A DNA stretch of 32,000 nt, taken from NCBI GenBank assembly GCA_039809905.1, contig JBDHVY010000001.1:810001-842000 (forward strand), given 5' to 3'. The position numbers and the translations under genes are program-made. The notes below the pieces were generated by a model. That model saw only the letters and a list, made by a program, of their open reading frames with translations. It was not told the DNA's origin and searched no databases. The stretch is from Candidatus Babelota bacterium. Its GTDB lineage: Bacteria > Babelota > Babeliae > Babelales > Vermiphilaceae. Numbering within the stretch: position 1 is the stretch's first letter; each line of letters begins with the position of its first letter. Positions 1-8,742 of the stretch are shown here, in pieces.

Positions 1-523
1 TTTGCAGCAGCTCTACAATATGTGTTCCAAAATCGGTTGCAACTGATGGATCGGTAGCCGTGATAACATTGCTTTCAACTACTACTTTTTCTTCTGGCAG
101 ATAATGAACATTGTTTTCAGCAAATATTTTATCCAATTCACCATCTTCATTCCATCCTGTGGCATCTTTATCATGCAATACACCAGATTTTGCCAAAATA
201 CGCGTTGAGATACAAATTGCACCAATTGGTTTATTTTGAAAGAACGTTTCTTGTGCAATTTTATAGCTTGTATTGTTATCAAGATGTTCTAATGCACCGG
301 GTCCGCCAATGAAAAATATGCCTGCATAGTTATTGGGGTCAACCTGATCAAGGCTTATTTCGACGGGAACTTTAGAGCCATCTTTGCCAATAGCGGAGCC
401 AAGTTTATCACTGGCAGTAACAACAGGAAAACCTGCAGCAGCTATTACTTTTTTTGTATCGTGATATTCAGTTGGTTCAAATCCTTCTGACGCAATAATA
501 AGTAATACGGTTGTATTATCCAT
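1..523 (-). CDS. DJ-1/PfpI family (class I glutamine amidotransferase-like) protein; 3' end runs off the window
   Basis: Manual translation of the minus strand from ATG at 523..521 is open to position 1: MDNTTVLLIIASEGFEPTEYHDTKKVIAAAGFPVVTAS...GIFFIGGPGA...NKPIGAICISTRILAKSGVL. The layout and nucleophile-elbow Cys (AIC) fit DJ-1/PfpI. AAGGAA lies just upstream of the ATG. It is missing from the ORF track because no stop codon lies in the window. Confidence 0.75.
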   Translation of the reverse strand, partial: MDNTTVLLIIASEGFEPTEYHDTKKVIAAAGFPVVTASDKLGSAIGKDGSKVPVEISLDQVDPNNYAGIFFIGGPGALEHLDNNTSYKIAQETFFQNKPIGAICISTRILAKSGVLHDKDATGWNEDGELDKIFAENNVHYLPEEKVVVESNVITATDPSVATDFGTHIVELLQ

Positions 524-538
524 TTCAATTCCTTTTTT

Positions 539-1540
539 TTATAAAATAATTGCTTGGTTATTGATAGAGCCTAGAATGTTTAATGGCTGATAGGTAGCAT
601 CATAATACGAGATGGGCTTTGTTTCCACTGGTTTAATGAATAGCGTTGCATTTTCATTGTTATAGAGCGTTTTTTTATAAGAAATAGAATGAATTTTTCC
701 ATTGTTTTCAGTCATTATGCGTTTAAGTTGCGCATATGATCTCCAAGCAAATGAAGGTATTTTTCCGTTCCAATGGGGTAAATAGATATTTTTAATCGTG
801 ATTTTAGTTGAAAGAAATTGTAAGGCATCAAGAATGCGTTTATTGAATTTAAAAACAATCAGATGATCGATATGTAATTTTCCTGTTTTTTGTATGATCT
901 CTGGCAGCAATGTGTATGCAATATAAGATTCGTATGAAGGGCGTAATGCCAAATAACCAGGATCAATCATAGTGATTGCATTATTATGATGAATGAGTGT
1001 TAGTTCGCCTTTGTTGCAAGGAATTTTTTCAATTGTTTTATATGCATAGGGAAAAAATTTAAGAACTACACAAATCAGGACAAGAAAAAAAGAGAGATAT
1101 CCTATGCGTTTGAGCATGGACGTAATCTTTTTGCTGTGAATAATTATGAGCGCAATAACGGGAATAAGCAGAATAACAAACATAGGTGGTTTGCAAAAGC
1201 CAATAAGCCATGATTTTTGTTCCAATCCCAAGCATGATATCCAAAAGGCGGTAATTTTTTCCAGAAGCCAGATCAAAAGGTCATCAGGAAGATGCAAAAG
1301 CTCTAAAAAGAATATTAGTGAAGAAACAAGCAAAAAACAGGTTAAAAAGGGCCCAAATATGAGTGTGCTGATAGGGCTCAAAAGAGATATAGGCAATCCC
1401 CATGCTATCAAGAAAGGAAGCGATATAAATGATATGAAAAGCTGCAATTGTATGCTTTTGAGCAGCGATTGTTGCCATTGTTTATATTGAATCATATAAA
1501 CTACTTTATCGCATTGTAGAATAAAAGTTAATAAAACCAT
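539..1540 (-). CDS. ComEC/Rec2-like membrane protein, short form with a degenerate metallo-beta-lactamase-like C-terminal domain
   Basis: 333 aa. The N-terminal half is polytopic and resembles the ComEC competence domain (FISFISLPFLIAWGLPISLLSPISTLIFGPFL). The C-terminal half (LTLIHHNNAITMIDPGY ... KLHIDHLIVFKFNKR) resembles the ComEC MBL fold but lacks an HxHxDH motif. Confidence 0.5.
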   Translation of the reverse strand: MVLLTFILQCDKVVYMIQYKQWQQSLLKSIQLQLFISFISLPFLIAWGLPISLLSPISTLIFGPFLTCFLLVSSLIFFLELLHLPDDLLIWLLEKITAFWISCLGLEQKSWLIGFCKPPMFVILLIPVIALIIIHSKKITSMLKRIGYLSFFLVLICVVLKFFPYAYKTIEKIPCNKGELTLIHHNNAITMIDPGYLALRPSYESYIAYTLLPEIIQKTGKLHIDHLIVFKFNKRILDALQFLSTKITIKNIYLPHWNGKIPSFAWRSYAQLKRIMTENNGKIHSISYKKTLYNNENATLFIKPVETKPISYYDATYQPLNILGSINNQAIIL

Positions 1541-1590
1541 TGATTTATAAAGGTTTTATTCGTTAAAATTTAAATAAAAAGGAGAGAGTT

Positions 1591-1878
1591 ATGAAGAACA
1601 ATAGAGTATTAGCAATGATAATTGGCTTAAGTAGTGTTGCAGCTCAGGCATATTTTTGGGAAGATTGGGGAACACGATCAACGCCTGAAGAACGTATGGA
1701 AAAAAAAGAAATAGACTTAAAATATGAAGAAAAAGCTGCTGATATTGAACACAAAAAACAAAAGACAATGCAGCACAATTACGATAAATCACGTGAAAAG
1801 CAAATGGATTTAGAACGTAAAAAGAAAAAACTTGATTTAGAACGTCAAAAGGCTCGTTTGCAAGTAGATCGACGTTAA
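1591..1878 (+). CDS. Hypothetical small secreted protein, Lys/Glu-rich helical
   Basis: 95 aa ORF with a strong RBS (AAAGGAGAG) 5 nt upstream of the ATG. N-terminal signal-like segment VLAMIIGLSSVAAQA, then a highly charged region. Confidence 0.55.
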   Translation: MKNNRVLAMIIGLSSVAAQAYFWEDWGTRSTPEERMEKKEIDLKYEEKAADIEHKKQKTMQHNYDKSREKQMDLERKKKKLDLERQKARLQVDRR

Positions 1879-1908
1879 TTGAAAATAATAGAAAATAAGG
1901 AGAACATC

Positions 1909-2124
1909 ATGAAACCATTTAAGCATGAACATGATCATTCCGAACAAAAAAGTTGGAAACATATTCCGAGTCAAATTCATCAATATTTAAGTAGTTTGTT
2001 TAATTCTGAAAAATATAGAAAAATGCCTCATGGCAGTTATGGAATTATACGATCTATGTCATGGGCTCGCGGTGAAGGTTGGCGTCGCAATCATTCAAAA
2101 AGTTTGAATAAAAGCCACAAATAG
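1909..2124 (+). CDS. Hypothetical small basic His-rich protein
   Basis: The track ORF begins at TTG 1879. I prefer ATG 1909, which has AAGGAG at 1897..1902. Product MKPFKHEHDHSEQKSWKH..., 71 aa, with no recognisable domain. Confidence 0.4.
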   Translation: MKPFKHEHDHSEQKSWKHIPSQIHQYLSSLFNSEKYRKMPHGSYGIIRSMSWARGEGWRRNHSKSLNKSHK

Positions 2125-2138
2125 ATAGTTGGAAAGCA

Positions 2139-2870
2139 ATGAAAAAGTTAGTTTTCTCACTGATATTATGTTTTGGTTTGCTGCTACCAGGTAATGGAAT
2201 TGCATCTGAAGAGCCAGCTTCAAGTGAATGGAAATGGAAAATTGCTTTGGGAGCAGCGCTAACTGCTTTTGGTGCTTGGATGCTAGGATATTTTGGAAAA
2301 GGATCTTCATCTGCAAAAGGAATTGATCTTCTGAGGGTTGCTCAGGATTTTACTGATGCTGAGCGTAACCAACCTCAATTAATTAGTGATGCGACACTGT
2401 TATTTTTAGTAAATAAAATTAAAGAGGATCAGATTTCTGCCTCGACTGATCCTATGAAAAAAACTATTGGTAATTTGATAGGATCAATACGAGACATTTC
2501 AGATCAAAAACTTGGCGACAGTCTTGAAAATATTGATTATCTTACTCTATTAAAGAAAAAATTAGAAAGTATTCGTCCTGAATATTATTCTGCAGGTCTA
2601 GCTAAGGATGTGCAAGAAATCCAGAGTAATTTTTTTGGAGCAAATAAGTTATATAAAGAGGTAAGAAAATCATTACAATATTTGGGTGGGTATTCTGGGC
2701 TTGTTGATGATTTAAATGAAATGATCGAAGAAAAATACGCTGAAAATATAAGAATTTACGAGCAACGAAAGAATGAAGCACAAGCAAAAATGCAAGCATT
2801 AAAAGCTGCTATTGTAAAAGAAAAACAAGAACAGAAGCAACAACAGGAATTAACCAAAGAACCTTCTTGA
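2139..2870 (+). CDS. Hypothetical membrane-anchored or secreted coiled-coil protein
   Basis: 243 aa. Signal-like N-terminus (LVFSLILCFGLLLPGNGIA), a second hydrophobic helix (IALGAALTAFGAWMLGYF) and a Gln/Lys/Glu-rich C-terminus. Confidence 0.55.
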   Translation: MKKLVFSLILCFGLLLPGNGIASEEPASSEWKWKIALGAALTAFGAWMLGYFGKGSSSAKGIDLLRVAQDFTDAERNQPQLISDATLLFLVNKIKEDQISASTDPMKKTIGNLIGSIRDISDQKLGDSLENIDYLTLLKKKLESIRPEYYSAGLAKDVQEIQSNFFGANKLYKEVRKSLQYLGGYSGLVDDLNEMIEEKYAENIRIYEQRKNEAQAKMQALKAAIVKEKQEQKQQQELTKEPS

Positions 2871-2938
2871 TGTTTCATAACAGTTGACTATGCTAATAGG
2901 AGATTAAAAATCACCATTGAGCAGTAAGGAGTTTTGTT

Positions 2939-3331
2939 ATGAAGCATTACATCTTATCTATATTATGTACCATTTCTTTTTATACGTATCCTATGCTACT
3001 TTTGGAAAGTTCTGAACAAGTACATCGCCGTAATGCTCGTGAAGTTCAGCATGAGTGTGTTAATCTTTTAAATTTTTTTAATAAACAATATCCTGGAATA
3101 GTGAGCACAAAACATTTGAGACTTACTTTAAAAAGCATTGGCACATCTGAGATAACAACAGAACAAAAAAAAGAAGCTTTTATTGCATTAGCGCACGTGA
3201 AGCAGAATTTTATTAATTGGATTCAGTGGATGCAGAAAAAAGAAGCAGAAGAGCACGCATTGCTTAAAAAATTTGGAATGGTAGTAGATAATGAAGCATA
3301 TTTCAAAAGATATAATTGCTACGATTGTTGA
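2939..3331 (+). CDS. Hypothetical secreted protein
   Basis: 130 aa with AAGGAG 8 nt upstream of the ATG and a hydrophobic N-terminus (ILSILCTISFYTYPMLLL). Its 3' end overlaps the tkt start by 41 nt. Confidence 0.5.
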   Translation: MKHYILSILCTISFYTYPMLLLESSEQVHRRNAREVQHECVNLLNFFNKQYPGIVSTKHLRLTLKSIGTSEITTEQKKEAFIALAHVKQNFINWIQWMQKKEAEEHALLKKFGMVVDNEAYFKRYNCYDC

Positions 3332-5186
3332 GCATAAAGCATACAATTTAAGACGATGGTCAATTATCGCGCCAGCAAAAGCTGGCTCTGGTCATACAAC
3401 ATCATGTTTATCCGCAGCAGATATTGTTGCGGTACTTTTTTTTTATGCTATGCATTTTGATCCCTATAATTATAAAAATCCCGATAATGATCGATTTATT
3501 TTATCAAAAGGCCATGCAGCACCATTATTATATGGAGCATGGGCAGAGCTTGGTTTATTAACTGATGATGAAATGCTTTCATATCGTGAGTTTGGTTCCG
3601 ACCTTGAAGGTCATCCAACAAAACATTTTAAATATGCAGAAACTGCAACAGGATCATTGGGTATTGGCCTTTCTGTTGGTGTAGGGCAAGCATTGTGCGC
3701 TAAACTTGATAAGCGAAATTATCGCACGTATGTGCTTATGGGCGATAGTGAATCATCAGAAGGCAGTGTATGGGAAGCAGTGCAATTAGCAGCACATTAT
3801 AATCTTGATAATCTTATTTGTTTTGTTGATGTTAATAATCTTGGTCAAAGCACTGAAACAATGTTTGATTATCGCATAAAGCAGTATGTTGAAATGTATC
3901 ATTCTTTTGGGTGGCAGGTGTTTGATGTTGATGGGCATGATATACAAGCCCTGATGAACGTAATTGATAAAGCACATGAAGTTCGTGGAAAGCCTGTTAT
4001 GATTATTGCAAAAACAATCAAAGGTTATGGCATTGATTTTGCCGCAGGTTTACAAGGTTTTCATGGAAAGGCTTTTACTGGGCAACAAGAAAAAGAAGCA
4101 CTCAAGCAGTTAGAAAATAATTTTCCAGATGCTACGCATTATAATAACACTGATGAAACAAGTATTGATTATAAACCACAACACCCGCAGAAATCAGTTG
4201 CTGCATATACTGGTGCCAATACCATAATTGAAATTCCTGATTGTACGTATGTGCGTGGAAATTTTGTTGCTACACGAAAAGCTTATGGTAATGCGTTGGC
4301 ATTGCTTGGTGATACATGTGATGCAATTGTAAGTCTTGACGCTGAAGTAAAAAATTCAACATATGCTGAAATTTTTGAATCTGTTCATCCTGAAAGATTT
4401 TTTCAATGTTTTGTAGCAGAACAAAATATGGTTGGTATGGGAGTTGGTTTTGATTGTCGCGGTAAAATACCTTTTGTTTCAACATTTAGTTGTTTTTTTT
4501 CACGTGCGCATGATCAAATTCGTATGGCAGCAATCGGCGGCGCTGCATTGCGTCTAGTTGGTTCTCATTCTGGTGTTTCTATCGGGCAAGATGGGCCATC
4601 ACAAATGGGATTAGAAGATATTGCAATAATGAGGTGTTTGCCTGATTCTGTGGTTCTTTATCCATCAGATGCAGTCAGTACACATAAATTAGTAGAACAA
4701 ATGGCGCGCTATAACGATGGCATTAGCTATTTGCGTACAACGCGTATGGAAACATTGGTTGTTTACGATAATGATGAAAAATTTCCTATCGGAGGTTGTA
4801 AAGTATTGCGGCAATCAGAACATGATGTTGCGTGTATTATTGCTGCAGGGATAACGTTGCATGAAGCTCTTAAAGCATATGATATTTTATCTCAGCGCAA
4901 TGTTTTTGTATCCGTCATTGATTTATATTCCATTAAGCCGCTTGATGCAACTACGCTCATTTCTGTTGCAAAATCATCACAAAATAAAATAATTACGGTG
5001 GAAGATCATTACCCACAAGGTGGTATTGGTGAGGCTGTGCTGAATGCCGTGCGTAATGAAAATATTATAGTACAATCACTTGCAGTCAATCACCTGCCGC
5101 GCTCTGGTAAGCCAGAAGAATTATTGGCTTGGGCTGGTATTGATGCTAATGCGATTGTCAAATGTGTGCAGAGTTTTATTATTTAA
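3291..5186 (+). CDS. tkt: Transketolase (short, single-chain type)
   Basis: 631 aa with transketolase motifs GSGHTTSCLSAADIVAVLFF, NDRFILSKGHAAPLLY, GDSESSEGSVWEA, FVAEQNMVGMGVG, SIGQDGPSQMGLEDIA, VEDHYPQGGIGEAV and PRSGKPEELL. Confidence 0.93.
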   Translation: MKHISKDIIATIVEHKAYNLRRWSIIAPAKAGSGHTTSCLSAADIVAVLFFYAMHFDPYNYKNPDNDRFILSKGHAAPLLYGAWAELGLLTDDEMLSYREFGSDLEGHPTKHFKYAETATGSLGIGLSVGVGQALCAKLDKRNYRTYVLMGDSESSEGSVWEAVQLAAHYNLDNLICFVDVNNLGQSTETMFDYRIKQYVEMYHSFGWQVFDVDGHDIQALMNVIDKAHEVRGKPVMIIAKTIKGYGIDFAAGLQGFHGKAFTGQQEKEALKQLENNFPDATHYNNTDETSIDYKPQHPQKSVAAYTGANTIIEIPDCTYVRGNFVATRKAYGNALALLGDTCDAIVSLDAEVKNSTYAEIFESVHPERFFQCFVAEQNMVGMGVGFDCRGKIPFVSTFSCFFSRAHDQIRMAAIGGAALRLVGSHSGVSIGQDGPSQMGLEDIAIMRCLPDSVVLYPSDAVSTHKLVEQMARYNDGISYLRTTRMETLVVYDNDEKFPIGGCKVLRQSEHDVACIIAAGITLHEALKAYDILSQRNVFVSVIDLYSIKPLDATTLISVAKSSQNKIITVEDHYPQGGIGEAVLNAVRNENIIVQSLAVNHLPRSGKPEELLAWAGIDANAIVKCVQSFII

Positions 5187-5204
5187 AAAGCTATTAACAC
5201 TTAC

Positions 5205-6371
5205 TTAGGAAAAATAGTTTAATTTGAATCTTTTTATTACGTCATAAGCGTCATTTGCTATCATGTGTATTGCCTCATCCAATGCAAATGTGGATTGCTC
5301 ATTCACATTTTGCTCAAGAGGTTGCTCTTGTGCAGGTGCTTTAGATCGCTTAGGTTGAGTAAGAGCAATTTTTTGCATAGGTATTGGCTGAGCTTTAAGA
5401 TGTCTTTCTAAATGATGTGAATCATCGATAGCTGCTAATTGAGCATAATGGGCTACGCCTAATGTTTCTGGATAAGAAAAAAAGAATCTATTAAGCCTTA
5501 ATATGGATGCATCTTCTGAATGTTTAATTGCTGAAAATATTTCTGTCTGTTCTTCATGTATTATTCTGAATTGTTCACAGTTATTGTTTAGTTGTAATTT
5601 TTCTCCATCTACACCCAAGTATTTAAAAATAAAATAGTCTTTTGCATGATGATGTGCTTTTATATGTCCAGTTTCATGGATTAGGGTTGCTTTTTTGCTA
5701 TTGTCTCTCAAGAGAAAACGAAATGGAGATAGCCACATGCGTTGATAAAATAGAGGGTAAATTTTTATTGTTGGAGGTGTTAAAACCTTTTCTACCTTCA
5801 AACCATCTCTATTGTGAGATATTGTTGAATACAACATAGAAGCAGTAGCGACTATGTTTTCCTTATTTTCTGAAGCAACGCATAGTTGTAAAGCGCTTGG
5901 TTTTATATTGTTTTTTTCAAGAATAGGCATAATGTCTTTTGGAAAATCTTTGTCATGATTGAAGTTTTCATGATCCGTAGATAACCATTGTTTTTCAAAT
6001 TGTTTGTATTGGCGGGTGTACAAAGCGATCTTTTGTTGTTGTTCTTGAGGTATATTGAAATCAGTGTATATACCATTGATAGCATGCATCTCTTTTTGTT
6101 TAAGATTTTCTTTAATCAAACGGCGTCTATTTTGAGCTGCTTTAATTCCTAGCGTGCGCATTTTTGGAGATGATGAAAAAATTGCCATTTCTGTGCCTGT
6201 TTGTAGAGATTGAGCTACAAAGACGATCGGAGCTCCGACCATCAGTTGTGCTTCTTCTGAGAAGGCATTTGCAAGGCTACTGATGGGATTTGATTTTTGT
6301 GATGAATAGACAGTTATTGTGATCAGCAGACTTAAAGAGCATAGGATTCGTTGTATACATAATTTATTCAA
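5205..6371 (-). CDS. Secreted HExxH protein, putative divergent M48-like zinc metallopeptidase (paralog A)
   Basis: 388 aa. TTG start with AGAGGA 6 nt upstream. Signal-like N-terminus (ILCSLSLLITITVYSS). HExxH in ATLIHETGHIKAHHH, followed about 40 aa later by IIHEEQTEIF. Paralogous to 6564..7598. Confidence 0.55.
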   Translation of the reverse strand: MNKLCIQRILCSLSLLITITVYSSQKSNPISSLANAFSEEAQLMVGAPIVFVAQSLQTGTEMAIFSSSPKMRTLGIKAAQNRRRLIKENLKQKEMHAINGIYTDFNIPQEQQQKIALYTRQYKQFEKQWLSTDHENFNHDKDFPKDIMPILEKNNIKPSALQLCVASENKENIVATASMLYSTISHNRDGLKVEKVLTPPTIKIYPLFYQRMWLSPFRFLLRDNSKKATLIHETGHIKAHHHAKDYFIFKYLGVDGEKLQLNNNCEQFRIIHEEQTEIFSAIKHSEDASILRLNRFFFSYPETLGVAHYAQLAAIDDSHHLERHLKAQPIPMQKIALTQPKRSKAPAQEQPLEQNVNEQSTFALDEAIHMIANDAYDVIKRFKLNYFS

Positions 6372-6465
6372 AATTTATCCTCTTGGAAATATTTTTACAA
6401 AAAGCTTTATTGATTATTAATTCTAACTTTATCAATATGTATCAATTTGTAAATATTCAAAAGAG

Positions 6466-6488
6466 GTAGCTTTTAAACTTTAAGCTAC
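6466..6488 (-). terminator. Possible intrinsic terminator after the 6564..7598 gene
   Basis: 7-bp inverted repeat GTAGCTT (6466..6472) / AAGCTAC (6482..6488) with a 9-nt loop. On the minus-strand RNA it is followed by CUCUUUUGAAUAUUU. The stem is weak. Confidence 0.35.
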
Positions 6489-6563
6489 AACAGCAAGACT
6501 GTTTAAAACTTTTTCATGCGAAGATGATCAATTAAGCCTGGCATGTTTTGTGATAGCTACTTT

Positions 6564-7598
6564 TTAGCAAAAATATGCAGATTCGAGTTTATTATGAATT
6601 TTCCACAGCATATCAATCGTACTGATCTGGTAAAAATGTTCTTCATACAGATGTTCAGGATAATATTTTTTTTCGCGCATTTCTTTCATGTGCGTTGCTA
6701 TAACAGGATTATTGATAGAAGAAACTACTTCTGCTTGAGCTTCATGGATTTGTGAAAGCTTATGATACTCTGGGCTTTTTTCGAATTCATTTTTATCAAC
6801 TGCATAATAATATTTAAGATATTCTATTAGGATAGCCGCAGTTATAGGGTCTAAGTTAACTAAATGTTGAACTTCATGAGCGCAAAAGCTTATTTGTTGG
6901 GATATTGATGTATTATTTAATCGTGACGATAGTTCAATGGTAGAAGGAATATATTCTGCATCAATGATCAGGTTATTATTTAAATTGTCTTTGCTTATGG
7001 CAATAGAGACTACCGCTTGAGCTATAGTTTCTGCATGAGCTGGCTTATAACTACTGATGAACCCAACTTCTTTTTGATCAGAAATCATTTTTATAGAGAT
7101 GCTCTCAGGATTAATATTATTTAATTTGAGCAACATAATGATAGTTTCTAATGCATTGGTTGGAATCGTTTCATCATGAGTTATATCAGGATGAGCATTC
7201 AGCATTCCATTTTTATAACTATTTTTAACACGTTCTATGTCTTGCAAGCATCTTTCCCATATTTCATTGCTCATGCCATATTTTTGTTTTATAGCGATAA
7301 GAGCTTCTTGTTCGAGAATAAGCAATTTTTTTTCAAATTTCTTGAGCTGTGTTTGAACGGTTGCAAGGGCTTGGTCAAGATCATCTTTTTTATGAGTAAG
7401 ACGATAATAAGCATAAAGACCTGTTTGGCGTAATTTTCGTGTTACATTGATGAATGCACAATTAACGGTATATGGTGATGCGGTATAAGTACGAAAAGCT
7501 TTATGATACCACGGCAGAGAGCTGGTTTTGGCGATGCTCGGCATCAAAACAAGAAAACAGGTGAGTATTGCAAAGGTATTGTGCCGTGAAAAAAGCAT
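6564..7598 (-). CDS. Secreted HExxH protein, putative divergent M48-like zinc metallopeptidase (paralog B)
   Basis: 344 aa, ATG start. Signal-like N-terminus (FAILTCFLVLMPSIAKT). HExxH in SFCAHEVQHLVNLD, with a downstream QIHEAQAEVV motif. It also shares the NNI(K/N)P(S/E) block with paralog A. Confidence 0.55.
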   Translation of the reverse strand: MLFSRHNTFAILTCFLVLMPSIAKTSSLPWYHKAFRTYTASPYTVNCAFINVTRKLRQTGLYAYYRLTHKKDDLDQALATVQTQLKKFEKKLLILEQEALIAIKQKYGMSNEIWERCLQDIERVKNSYKNGMLNAHPDITHDETIPTNALETIIMLLKLNNINPESISIKMISDQKEVGFISSYKPAHAETIAQAVVSIAISKDNLNNNLIIDAEYIPSTIELSSRLNNTSISQQISFCAHEVQHLVNLDPITAAILIEYLKYYYAVDKNEFEKSPEYHKLSQIHEAQAEVVSSINNPVIATHMKEMREKKYYPEHLYEEHFYQISTIDMLWKIHNKLESAYFC

Positions 7599-7657
7599 TT
7601 CCTAACCCCTCTTTTTAAGAATAAAGACCTATTATAACTCTATCAGAAAAATCAAAA

Positions 7658-8611
7658 TTAGCAATGTTTTTTGGGTTTATATATGCATAAAAGTTTATAT
7701 TTGGCAATTGTATTGCTTGCAAGGCTCTGTGCATGCCAGGAATCAAGCTTCTCTAAAATAGTCGGTAGCAGAGCAGCAAATTCAATCGTGGAAAACCGTG
7801 TGTGGGAGATAGGAAAGTCATTTATTTTGATTTTTGCCTGTGTTAGATGGCTATAGATAGGAAAAAGACGGGATGAAAAGGGCGGAATTCGATAGTGGCG
7901 TTTATGTTTTTCATTAAGGCAATGAGTTCTACAGGTGCGTTTAATTTGAGGGGCAATAACTTGTATCATGTCAAGGCTTGAATAAAGAGAATATACCCTT
8001 TGAAACATCGGATTGACCATCAAATGCTTTGTTTTTTCTTGTACAGGACATGCAAGTAAAACAAGTGATTTTATTGAAAAAGCAGGCGTTGTTTTTATTT
8101 TTGCCATCTTGAGAGCTACATTACCTCCATGGCTATGGGTAAAAATTTGGATAATGGGCTCACAGTCATATTTTTTACGATACAATTGGCATAAAGTGCT
8201 TATTTCATCATAGAGCTTGCGTGCTGCATTTTTGCGTTCTTGATCTGGCAATCGTCCAGACCAGCTAAAAATATAAAATTCTTCCAAAGGAAATTGTTCG
8301 GCATCTTGTTGTGATATCGTGTTTGCTAATGAGCGAAAGTGATGATCTTCTGGCAGCGAGTTGACCGGTACAAGAGATGATGTATCTCCAAAAATCAGAT
8401 GATAGGAAGGTTTACGGAACATAAGAGTTCCATGCACCCAGATGGTTATTGGTGGAGCGGAATAAAAGGAAGGCTGTTGAGACCTTTGAGGTGTGATTTT
8501 TATAATAAGTTTTTGTTTATCTATTTGTTTTCGATGAATGCAGCTCGGAAAAAGAAAGAAAGCTACCAAGATAAAAAATTGTAGTTTAAGAGAAGCAATG
8601 TTTTTTCTCAT
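7658..8611 (-). CDS. Secreted or lipoprotein alpha/beta-hydrolase, lipase/esterase-like (paralog 1)
   Basis: 317 aa with RBS AAGGTGGG. Signal with a possible lipobox (FFLFPSC). ITIWVHGT oxyanion-like block, nucleophile elbow FTHSHGGNVAL and LLACPVQ block. Paralogous to 8743..9663. Confidence 0.65.
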   Translation of the reverse strand: MRKNIASLKLQFFILVAFFLFPSCIHRKQIDKQKLIIKITPQRSQQPSFYSAPPITIWVHGTLMFRKPSYHLIFGDTSSLVPVNSLPEDHHFRSLANTISQQDAEQFPLEEFYIFSWSGRLPDQERKNAARKLYDEISTLCQLYRKKYDCEPIIQIFTHSHGGNVALKMAKIKTTPAFSIKSLVLLACPVQEKTKHLMVNPMFQRVYSLYSSLDMIQVIAPQIKRTCRTHCLNEKHKRHYRIPPFSSRLFPIYSHLTQAKIKINDFPISHTRFSTIEFAALLPTILEKLDSWHAQSLASNTIAKYKLLCIYKPKKHC

Positions 8612-8679
8612 TACCCACCTTTTTTTATCTCTGTGCTTTTATTTATATGAAAAATATGGCAGTGATGTCAACTATATAA

Positions 8680-8714
8680 CCCCATTTATCATTTCATTCT
8701 AAATGGGGACCCCA
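8680..8714. repeat. GC-rich palindromic intergenic element, copy A (CCCCATTTA-N11-TAAATGGGGACCCCA)
   Basis: 9-bp inverted repeat CCCCATTTA (8680..8688) / TAAATGGGG (8700..8708), overlapping the palindrome GGGGACCCC (8705..8713). Related copies lie at 23005..23047 and 23576..23609. Confidence 0.6.
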
Positions 8715-8742
8715 ATAAAGAAAGATATAAAAAGGTTCTCTG

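Noticed and set aside
1146-1490. 114-aa plus-strand ORF, with 61- and 64-aa minus-strand ORFs, inside the ComEC-like gene
   Set aside because: They are fully embedded in, antisense to, or out of frame with a longer ORF that has recognisable membrane-protein features. They have no RBS, and their Lys/Ser-rich composition is typical of frame-shifted AT-rich coding DNA.
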